Shown piece after piece: positions 1 through 7,087 of a stretch of DNA of 64,000 nt; position 1 is the first letter of the stretch; each line of letters opens with the position of its first letter. The translations under genes and the position numbers were made by a program. A model generated the notes under the pieces. It was not told the origin of the DNA, did not search any database, and saw nothing but the letters and a program-made list of their open reading frames with translations. This DNA comes from Vicinamibacteria bacterium (GTDB taxonomy: Bacteria; Acidobacteriota; Vicinamibacteria; Fen-336), in the NCBI GenBank assembly GCA_035577965.1, contig DATJYX010000065.1, positions 22,322 to 86,321 of the forward strand, given 5' to 3'.

Positions 1-194
1 CCGCCGAGGCCCGCTCCGTGCTCGATCGGCTCTTCGGACGTCAGCCGGAGTCGAGCCGGACGATCGCCGTGCTCCACCACGTCGACGGGCTCACCCTCGA
101 GCAGGTGGCCGAGGTGGTGGGCCTCTCGGTCTCCGGCGTTCGGCGGCGTCTCAAGGTCCTTCGCGCCGGCCTCGCGGAGATGGAGAACCCATGA
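1..194 (+). CDS. ECF RNA polymerase sigma factor, C-terminal fragment (region 4 HTH); 5' end lies outside the window
   Basis: In-frame translation ...TIAVLHHVDGLTLEQVAEVVGLSVSGVRRRLKVLRAGLAEMENP* matches the sigma-70 region 4.2 HTH. Its TGA overlaps the ATG of the next gene as ATGA. Confidence 0.7.
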   Translation, partial: AEARSVLDRLFGRQPESSRTIAVLHHVDGLTLEQVAEVVGLSVSGVRRRLKVLRAGLAEMENP

Positions 195-1015
195 GCCGAG
201 ACAGTGATCCCGTGTCGGTTCCCGACCTCGTCCTGGAGCGCCATCGGCTCGGCGAGCTGCCGCCGGGCGAGGCGGAGGCACTCGCCCGGCGCCTCGATCG
301 GGACGAGGGCCTCCGCCGGCGGCTCGAGGCGCTCGACCGATCGGACGAGGAGATCCGCCGGCTCTACCCGCCGGACTGGCTGGCCGGCCGGATCCGCGAG
401 CGCCTCGGGCGAGAGCATCCCGCGCGGCCGGCCCCGCGCGCGACGTGGAGCGTGAGCTGGCCAGCGCCCGCGGCGCTCGCCGTTGCGGCGGCTCTGGTCG
501 CGGTCCTGTGGCCTCGGCTCCCGAGCCCACCCCCCGTCGCACCGGCCGTCGAGCCCGGCCCGGCCGAGGCGACGGGCGACCGGATCAAGGGCCTGAAGCC
601 GGCGCTCGTCCTCTTCCGGAAGACGCCGGCTGGCAGCGAGACGCTCGCCGCCCGCGACGTGGCCCGGGCGGGGGACGTCATCCGGATCGGCTATCGGGCC
701 GCGGGCCGCCGATACGGCGTGATCCTCTCCCTCGACGGGCGCGGGACCGTGACCCTCCACCTGCCCGCTCAGGGGGGAGGAGCGGCCGTGCTCCGGTCCG
801 GGGACGTCGCGCTCCTGGACACCGCCTACGAGCTCGACGACGCGCCCCGGTGGGAGTGCTTCTTCCTCGTCACCGCAGCGTCCCCGTTCGACGTGGCTCC
901 CGTTCTCGAGGCGGTGCGGGGAGCGGCGTCCGGCGGCCAGGCGCCCGACGCTCTCCGCCTCCCCCGGGAGCTCGAGCAGTCCGCTTTCGTGCTGGAGAAA
1001 GGGGCAAGACCATGA
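191..1015 (+). CDS. Anti-sigma factor, membrane-spanning; single TM helix around residues 95-115
   Basis: N-terminus ERHRLGELPPGEAEALARRL is anti-sigma-like. Hydrophobic segment AALAVAAALVAVLW. ATGA overlap with the upstream sigma gene and ATGA overlap with the downstream gene. Confidence 0.6.
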   Translation: MSRDSDPVSVPDLVLERHRLGELPPGEAEALARRLDRDEGLRRRLEALDRSDEEIRRLYPPDWLAGRIRERLGREHPARPAPRATWSVSWPAPAALAVAAALVAVLWPRLPSPPPVAPAVEPGPAEATGDRIKGLKPALVLFRKTPAGSETLAARDVARAGDVIRIGYRAAGRRYGVILSLDGRGTVTLHLPAQGGGAAVLRSGDVALLDTAYELDDAPRWECFFLVTAASPFDVAPVLEAVRGAASGGQAPDALRLPRELEQSAFVLEKGARP

Positions 1016-2679
1016 AGCCGGCCCTCGTCGCCCTCGCGTCCTTCGTCGCCCTGGCGGCCCTGCCGGGCGTGGCGCTTTCGGCCACCGTCCACCGCTTCGC
1101 GCTCGTGGTCGGGGCCAACCAGGGCGGCTCCGACCGCCCGCCTCTCCAGTACGCGGTCTCCGACGCCGAGCGCTTCACCCGCGTGCTCGTCGAGCTCGGA
1201 GGAGTGAGCCCGGCGAACGCCGTCCTCCTCAGGCAGCCGAGGCTCGGGGAGCTGGAGGCCGCGCTCGACGACCTGCGGGCCCGCGTCGCCGAGACGCAGC
1301 GCAAGGGCGGCGGCCGCACGGAGCTCCTCGTCTACTACTCGGGCCACGCCGACGAGAAGGGGCTGCTGCTCGGCGAGGACCGGTACTCCTACCGCAGCCT
1401 CCGCGACCGGCTGGACGACGTGCCCGCCGACGTCCGCATCGCCGTGCTCGACGCGTGCGCGTCGGGCGCGATCACGCGGCTCAAGGGCGGCCGCCTGCAG
1501 CAGCCCTTCCTCGTCGACGAGTCGGCGGACATGCGGGGGCACGCGTTCCTGACCTCGAGCTCCGCCACCGAGGCCGCGCAGGAGTCGGACCGGATCAAGG
1601 GCTCGTACTTCACTCACTACCTCGTCTCCGGCCTCCGGGGCGCGGCGGACCTGTCGGGGGAAGGGAAGGTCACCCTCAACGAGGCCTACCAGTTCGCCTT
1701 CAGCGAGACGCTCGGCCGCACCGTCGACACGAAGGCCGGCGCCCAGCACCCCTCGTACGACATCAACCTCTCCGGCACCGGGGACGTGGTCATGACCGAC
1801 CTCCGGCAGACCTCGGCCACCCTGGTCCTGGGAGAGGCGCTCGAAGGGCGCTTCTTCGTGCGGAACGCGAAGCAGGAGCTGGTCGTGGAGCTCTACAAGC
1901 CCTACGGGCGGACGGTGGAGCTGGGGCTCGAGCCCGGGGCCTACGAGGTGCGGGTCGAACGCGAGGCGGCGGCGCTCCTCGCCAGGCCCCAGGTCGGGGA
2001 AGGCACGCGGGTCGTCCTCGAGCCGGGGCAGTTCGCGGCCACCACCCCGGAGAAGACGCGCCGCCGGGGCGAGCCGGACGTGCCGCTCTTCGCCGTCTCC
2101 GGGCGCAACCGGCTCGACCTGCGCCTCGGCATGTGGCGGATCGCCAGCTCTCCGCCCACGGGCACGATCGTGGCGGGCGCCTCGACGGTCGACCTCCTGG
2201 GCAGCCTGCAGTACACCCGCTTCCTGCGCGAGGACCTCGCCCTCACCCTGGGGGCGAGCGTCCTCCCCGGCAGCAGCGGGACCACGGTCAGCTCCGAGGG
2301 CGTCTTCGCCGGGGACAGGACGATCGTGGCGGTGCCGCTCGGGCTGCGATGGAACCCGATGCGCAAAGACCTCCAGGCGCGCGCGGTGAAGCCCTACCTC
2401 GCGCTCGCGCTCGGGCCGGTGATCGGGACGGGCAACGGGGCGTCCGTGAGCGCGCGGGGCGTCTACGCGGGCGACCTGACGGAGGTCACGGTCGGCGGGC
2501 ACGTCGGCGGGGGCGTGGACTTCCACCTGAGCGGCGCGTTCTCGCTCGGCCTCTCCGCCGGCTACAACTGGATGGCCGATTTCGCGGACCCGGTCGGGGG
2601 CCGCTCCAACTACGGCGGCTTCGAGCTCACGTTGAACGTCGGTTGGCTCTTCGGAGCGGGTTCCGCCTCTCGCCGCTGA
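1012..2679 (+). CDS. Secreted caspase-like cysteine peptidase (peptidase C14/orthocaspase domain) with C-terminal outer-membrane beta-barrel-like domain
   Basis: Signal peptide MKPALVALASFVALAALPGVALSA. Catalytic His in YYSGHADEKG and Cys in LDACASG. C-terminal ~200 aa with alternating hydrophobic pattern ending GFELTLNVGWLF. The 445..2679 track ORF N-extension overlaps the anti-sigma gene in another frame and is rejected. Confidence 0.65.
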   Translation: MKPALVALASFVALAALPGVALSATVHRFALVVGANQGGSDRPPLQYAVSDAERFTRVLVELGGVSPANAVLLRQPRLGELEAALDDLRARVAETQRKGGGRTELLVYYSGHADEKGLLLGEDRYSYRSLRDRLDDVPADVRIAVLDACASGAITRLKGGRLQQPFLVDESADMRGHAFLTSSSATEAAQESDRIKGSYFTHYLVSGLRGAADLSGEGKVTLNEAYQFAFSETLGRTVDTKAGAQHPSYDINLSGTGDVVMTDLRQTSATLVLGEALEGRFFVRNAKQELVVELYKPYGRTVELGLEPGAYEVRVEREAAALLARPQVGEGTRVVLEPGQFAATTPEKTRRRGEPDVPLFAVSGRNRLDLRLGMWRIASSPPTGTIVAGASTVDLLGSLQYTRFLREDLALTLGASVLPGSSGTTVSSEGVFAGDRTIVAVPLGLRWNPMRKDLQARAVKPYLALALGPVIGTGNGASVSARGVYAGDLTEVTVGGHVGGGVDFHLSGAFSLGLSAGYNWMADFADPVGGRSNYGGFELTLNVGWLFGAGSASRR

Positions 2680-2728
2680 CCGGCGGAGCCGCCCCGAGGG
2701 ACGTCCGGAGAGACACGAGGAGGATGCG

Positions 2729-3418
2729 ATGAGACGGGCACTGCTTCACACCGCCGCCGGCGCCGCCCTGGCGCTTCTCAGCGGCTGCGGCCACACCGAC
2801 GGCGTCACGAGCGTGAATCCGGCCGGAGGGATCGTCGGCTCCGGCGTCCTCGCCTCGGAGTCGCGACCGGTCTCCGGGTTCGACGGGGTGACGGTGGACG
2901 CTCCCCTCCACGTCGTCCTCACGCAGGGCGGGAGCGAGTCGCTTCTGGTCACGGCGGAGGACAACGTGCTCCCCCTCGTCCAGTCCGAGGTGAGGGGCGG
3001 CCGGCTGTTCCTCGGGCTCGTGCCGCACAGCAGGCTCACCCTCACGCGCGAGGTCCTGTGCCGCGTGACCGTGGCCGAGATCCGCGATGTCGACGCATCG
3101 GGCGCGGCGCGGGTGGAGATGCAGGGCGTGGACGCCGTCGACCTGGGCGTGCGCCTTTCCGGAGCCGCGGTCGGCAGCGCGAGCGGCGCCGTCGGGCGTC
3201 TCACTCTCGACGTCACCGAGGCCAGCCGCTGGAACGCCGCCGACCTCCGTGGTCGGACGGTGGTGGCGGGTGTCTCGGGAGCCAGCTACGCGCTCGTGCG
3301 CGTGGTCGAGTCGCTCGTGGCCAACCTGAGCGGCGCGTCGACCCTGGAGTACGCCGGAGACCCGGCCGTGGAGCAGACGGTCTCCGGATCGAGCGTCCTC
3401 CGCCGCGTCGGCCCCTGA
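2729..3418 (+). CDS. Lipoprotein, DUF2807-like (putative auto-transporter adhesin head GIN domain)
   Basis: Lipobox LLSGC. Repetitive beta-rich sequence. GAGGAGG SD 7 nt upstream. High GC3. Confidence 0.5.
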   Translation: MRRALLHTAAGAALALLSGCGHTDGVTSVNPAGGIVGSGVLASESRPVSGFDGVTVDAPLHVVLTQGGSESLLVTAEDNVLPLVQSEVRGGRLFLGLVPHSRLTLTREVLCRVTVAEIRDVDASGAARVEMQGVDAVDLGVRLSGAAVGSASGAVGRLTLDVTEASRWNAADLRGRTVVAGVSGASYALVRVVESLVANLSGASTLEYAGDPAVEQTVSGSSVLRRVGP

Positions 3419-3482
3419 GCCCGCGAGCCCGTCGGCCGGCCGGACGTCGCGGCGGCCTCCGGCCGGCTATACTCCCGCAGGA

Positions 3483-5969
3483 ATGGCGATCTTCCAGTCC
3501 GACGCGCGGGTCACGCTGAAGCGGCTCGCCGACAAGGCCTTTGCGACGAGCCAGGAGCGCGACCAGCTGCTCGCCCAGGTCGTCGCGGCCGAAGGCCTCC
3601 GGGCGAAGGACGTGAGCTTCATGCTCTTCCGCCCCGACCGCGCCTACCGCGATGCGGTCGTCGCCCTGCTGAAGCGCGTCGCCGACCCCGAGACGGTGGA
3701 CGCCGTGCTCGCGGAGTGCAAGGGCAAGCCGGAGGCCGCGGTCCGGGCCGCGGCGGCCACCCTCTTCACTCTCGGCGTCCCCGGCACCGAGCAGCGGCTC
3801 GCCGACATCGCCGTCCACGGGAAGGGCGAGGCGCAGGAGATCGTCCGTCGGCTGTTGCTCGACGCGCCCGTCACCCCCGCGCTCGAGCCCGTGCTCTGGC
3901 ACCTGGCCGCGCAGGGCCGCGTCGAGGACCGTCTCGCCTTCCTCACCCGCCTCGCCTCGGGCACTCCCGACCCGCGGTCTCTCCCGCGCTGGCACCGGCT
4001 GGCCCGCGATCCCGACCGGGCCGTCCGGGAGAAGGCTCTCGCGGTCCTCGCCCAGCGCGATCCGGCCGGCCAGGTCGACCTCTTCGTCGAGCAGCTCCCG
4101 CTCGTCGACTACTCGACCCAGCAGGTCCTGGTCGACGCCCTCACCCGCGCCGCCGCCGGGCAGGGGCCGGCCTTCGCCGACCGGCTCCTGCCCCTCATGG
4201 CCTCCGGCGAGGCCGGCACGCGCTCCGTCATCCTCAAGATCCTCCTCGGCATGCCGAACCGGCGGGAGGTCGTCCGCCGCTACATCGTCTTCTCGAAGTC
4301 CCTCGCCGGGTGGGCCCGCGACCGCGCGCTCGAGTCGATGCGGGCCTTCGAGAACGACCTCCTCGAGCCCACGATGGAGCTCCTGCAGGACCCCGACCAG
4401 GAGATCCGCGCCTCGGCCATGCTCGTCGCTCAGTCCTTCGACGACCCGCGCATCGTGCCGGCCACGATCACGATGCTCAAGGACCCCGACTGGTGGATCC
4501 GCATCACGGCCGCGGAGACGCTCGGCCGCCTCAAGGACCCGCGGGGCGTCCTGCCCCTCGTCGAGGCGCTCTCCGACCCCGAGACCCGCTGGAGCGCGGT
4601 CGAGGCCCTGGGCCGGATCGGGGACCTGCGGGCCGTCCCCTCCCTCTCGGAGCTCCTCCAGGACCCCGCGCCCGAGGTGCGGATCGAGGTCATCCAGGCC
4701 CTCAGCCACTTCGAGCACCCGCAGATGCTCGCCTTCGTGCGCAACGTGGCGAAGCAGGATCCCTCCCGCGGCGTGCGGGCCCGGGCCTTCGAGATCACCT
4801 GCGAGATGGCCGCCCGCAGCAAGACGCCGCTCGCCGACGCGGACGCGCTCAAGCAGGCGGCGCTCGCCGCCAAGTCCGGGGCCGGCGAGCCGAGGCTCAA
4901 CGCGCTCCTCGTGGCCACCCGGAACAACGGGGCGTCGGACCTCCACCTCTCGGTCGGCCAGCCCCCGGTCCTCCGCCTCGCCGCCGACCTCGTCCGCGCC
5001 CAGGGGGAGCCCTTCACCGCCGAGCAGACCGGGGCGATGGTCCGCGAGATCCTCGCCGACGCGCAGTGGGAGAGGCTGCAGAAGGAGAAGCAGCTCGACT
5101 TCTGCCACTACATCCCGACCGCCGGCCGCTACCGGGCGAACGTGTTCGTGGACCAGAAGGGCGTGAACGGCGTCTTCCGCGTCATCCCCGAGCGCCCGCC
5201 CACGATCGCCGAGATCGGCCTGCCCGCCCACCTCTCCGAGATCGCCGACTACCACCAGGGGCTGGTCATCGTGTGCGGGCCCTCCGGCTCCGGCAAGTCC
5301 ACGACCCTCGCCGCCCTCGTGAACCTCTTCAACGAGACGCGCCACGACCACGTGATCACCATGGAGGACCCGGTCGAGTTCATCCACCCCTTCAAGAGCT
5401 GCCTCGTCAACCAGCGGGAGGTGGGGAAGGACACGCAGTCGTTCGCCCGCGCGCTCCGGGCCGCGCTGCGCGAGGACCCGGACGTGATCGTGATCGGCGA
5501 GCTGCGCGACACCGAGAGCGTGTCCCTCGCCCTCACCGCGGCCGAGACCGGCCACATCGTCCTCGGCACCCTCAACTCGACCTCGGCCGCGAAGGCGGTC
5601 GACCGCATCCTCTCCTCCTTCCCGGCCGGCGAGCAGGGGCAGGTGCGGGCCGCCCTCAGCGAGTCGCTGAAGTTCGTGGTCGCCCAGCGCCTCCTGCCCG
5701 CCAAGGAGCCGCGCAAGCAGGTGGCGTGCTTCGAGGTGCTCCGGAACACGGTGGCGGTCGCGAACATGATCCGGGAGGAGAAGACGTTCCAGATCCCCTC
5801 CGCCATGCAGATCGGCCGGACCCACGGCATGCAGACCTTCGACGACGCGCTCCGGGGGCTCCTTGCCGCGGGACGGATCACCGGCGAGGCGGCCTACCGG
5901 GCGGCGGCGAAGAAGGAGGAGTTCGAGGCCTTCCTGCCCGGCGCCTCCGCCGAGGGGAAGAAGCAGTGA
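3483..5969 (+). CDS. HEAT-repeat (PBS-lyase-like) N-terminal domain fused to full-length PilT/PilU-type type IV pilus retraction ATPase
   Basis: Repeats such as LKDPDWWIRITAAETLGRLKDPRGVLPLVEALSDPETRWSAVEALGRIGDLRAVPSLSELLQDPAPEVRIEVIQALS. These are followed by the PilT N-domain (ASDLHLSVGQPPVLR), Walker A GPSGSGKST, Walker B DVIVIGELRD and AVANMIREEK. Single uninterrupted frame, protein-like composition. Confidence 0.7.
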   Translation: MAIFQSDARVTLKRLADKAFATSQERDQLLAQVVAAEGLRAKDVSFMLFRPDRAYRDAVVALLKRVADPETVDAVLAECKGKPEAAVRAAAATLFTLGVPGTEQRLADIAVHGKGEAQEIVRRLLLDAPVTPALEPVLWHLAAQGRVEDRLAFLTRLASGTPDPRSLPRWHRLARDPDRAVREKALAVLAQRDPAGQVDLFVEQLPLVDYSTQQVLVDALTRAAAGQGPAFADRLLPLMASGEAGTRSVILKILLGMPNRREVVRRYIVFSKSLAGWARDRALESMRAFENDLLEPTMELLQDPDQEIRASAMLVAQSFDDPRIVPATITMLKDPDWWIRITAAETLGRLKDPRGVLPLVEALSDPETRWSAVEALGRIGDLRAVPSLSELLQDPAPEVRIEVIQALSHFEHPQMLAFVRNVAKQDPSRGVRARAFEITCEMAARSKTPLADADALKQAALAAKSGAGEPRLNALLVATRNNGASDLHLSVGQPPVLRLAADLVRAQGEPFTAEQTGAMVREILADAQWERLQKEKQLDFCHYIPTAGRYRANVFVDQKGVNGVFRVIPERPPTIAEIGLPAHLSEIADYHQGLVIVCGPSGSGKSTTLAALVNLFNETRHDHVITMEDPVEFIHPFKSCLVNQREVGKDTQSFARALRAALREDPDVIVIGELRDTESVSLALTAAETGHIVLGTLNSTSAAKAVDRILSSFPAGEQGQVRAALSESLKFVVAQRLLPAKEPRKQVACFEVLRNTVAVANMIREEKTFQIPSAMQIGRTHGMQTFDDALRGLLAAGRITGEAAYRAAAKKEEFEAFLPGASAEGKKQ

Positions 5970-7069
5970 GCGGCCCCGCCCCGGCGGTCGCCCCCAAGAT
6001 CGACCGCTTCCTGCGCCTCATGACGAGCCGGGGGGCGTCCGACTTCCACCTCACCGTCGGCCGGCCGCCCATGCTGAGGGTGGGCGGCACCATGGAGCCC
6101 ATCCGCTACCGGACGATCCTGGAGGCGGACTACGTCGAGCTCGTCCGCCCCATCGTGCCGAAGGCCCTCTGGGAGGAGTTCACCGCGACCGGCGACGCCG
6201 ACCTCGCCTACGAGGTGGCGGGTCTCGCCCGCTTCCGCGTGAACCTCTTCCGCCAGCAGCGCGGCTCGGGGGCGGTCTTCCGGGTCATTCCGACCAAGAT
6301 CATGACCCTCGAGCAGCTCGGGATGCCGGAGCAGGTGAGGCGCCTCGCCTCCATGGAGAGCGGACTCGTCCTCGTGACCGGCCCCACCGGCTCCGGCAAG
6401 TCCACGACCCTCGCCGCGATCATCAACCTCATCAACGAGACGAGGAACTACCACGTCATCACGATCGAGGATCCGATCGAGTTCGTGCACCCGAACAAGA
6501 GATGCCTCGTGCACCAGCGGGAGATCGGGAGCCACGCCACGAGCTTCGCCGAGGCGCTCAAGTCGGCGGGCCGCGAGGACCCCGACCTCATCCTGGTCGG
6601 CGAGATGCGGGACCTGGAGACGATCTCGATGGCCCTCGCCGCGGCCGAGAAGGGCACGATCGTCTTCGGCACCTTGCACACGAACAACGCGTCGAAGACG
6701 GTGGACCGGATCATCAGCGTCTTCCCGGCCAGCGAGCAGGACGGCGTGCGCAACGTGCTCGGGGAGACGCTGCGCGCGGTGGTGGCCCAGCAGCTCATCC
6801 CGAAGATCGGGGGGGGGCGGGTGGCCGCGATCGAGATTCTGTTCTCCTCGCCCGCGATCGGGAACATGATCCGCGAGGGCAAGACGCCCCAGATCACCTC
6901 CGCCATCCAGACCGGAGTGAAGGAGGGCATGATCGACATGGACTCGTCGATCCGGAAGCTCTACGACGAGAAGAAGATCAGCGCCCGGGCCGCCCTCGAC
7001 AAGGCGATCGACAAGTCGCTCTTCAAGGACATCCTCGACGAGGGCGGGGCGGGGCGCCGAGAAGCTTGA
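5966..7069 (+). CDS. pilT: Twitching motility ATPase PilT (canonical length)
   Basis: ASDFHLTVGRPPMLRV, GPTGSGKSTT, LILVGEMRD, AIGNMIREGK. GTG start overlaps the upstream stop (GTGA); an internal ATG is also possible. Confidence 0.8.
   Translation: MSGPAPAVAPKIDRFLRLMTSRGASDFHLTVGRPPMLRVGGTMEPIRYRTILEADYVELVRPIVPKALWEEFTATGDADLAYEVAGLARFRVNLFRQQRGSGAVFRVIPTKIMTLEQLGMPEQVRRLASMESGLVLVTGPTGSGKSTTLAAIINLINETRNYHVITIEDPIEFVHPNKRCLVHQREIGSHATSFAEALKSAGREDPDLILVGEMRDLETISMALAAAEKGTIVFGTLHTNNASKTVDRIISVFPASEQDGVRNVLGETLRAVVAQQLIPKIGGGRVAAIEILFSSPAIGNMIREGKTPQITSAIQTGVKEGMIDMDSSIRKLYDEKKISARAALDKAIDKSLFKDILDEGGAGRREA
6809..6817 (+). repeat. G9 homopolymer inside pilT coding sequence
   Basis: gggggggggc at 6809-6817 encodes IGGGR. 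Confidence 0.9.
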
Positions 7070-7087
7070 CCCGACCCCGATCGCGGA

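Noticed and set aside
445-2679. N-terminal extension of the caspase-like ORF back to 445
   Set aside because: The extension overlaps the anti-sigma gene in a different frame and is Arg/Gly-rich. An ATG at 1012 with ATGA coupling and a signal peptide is the credible start.
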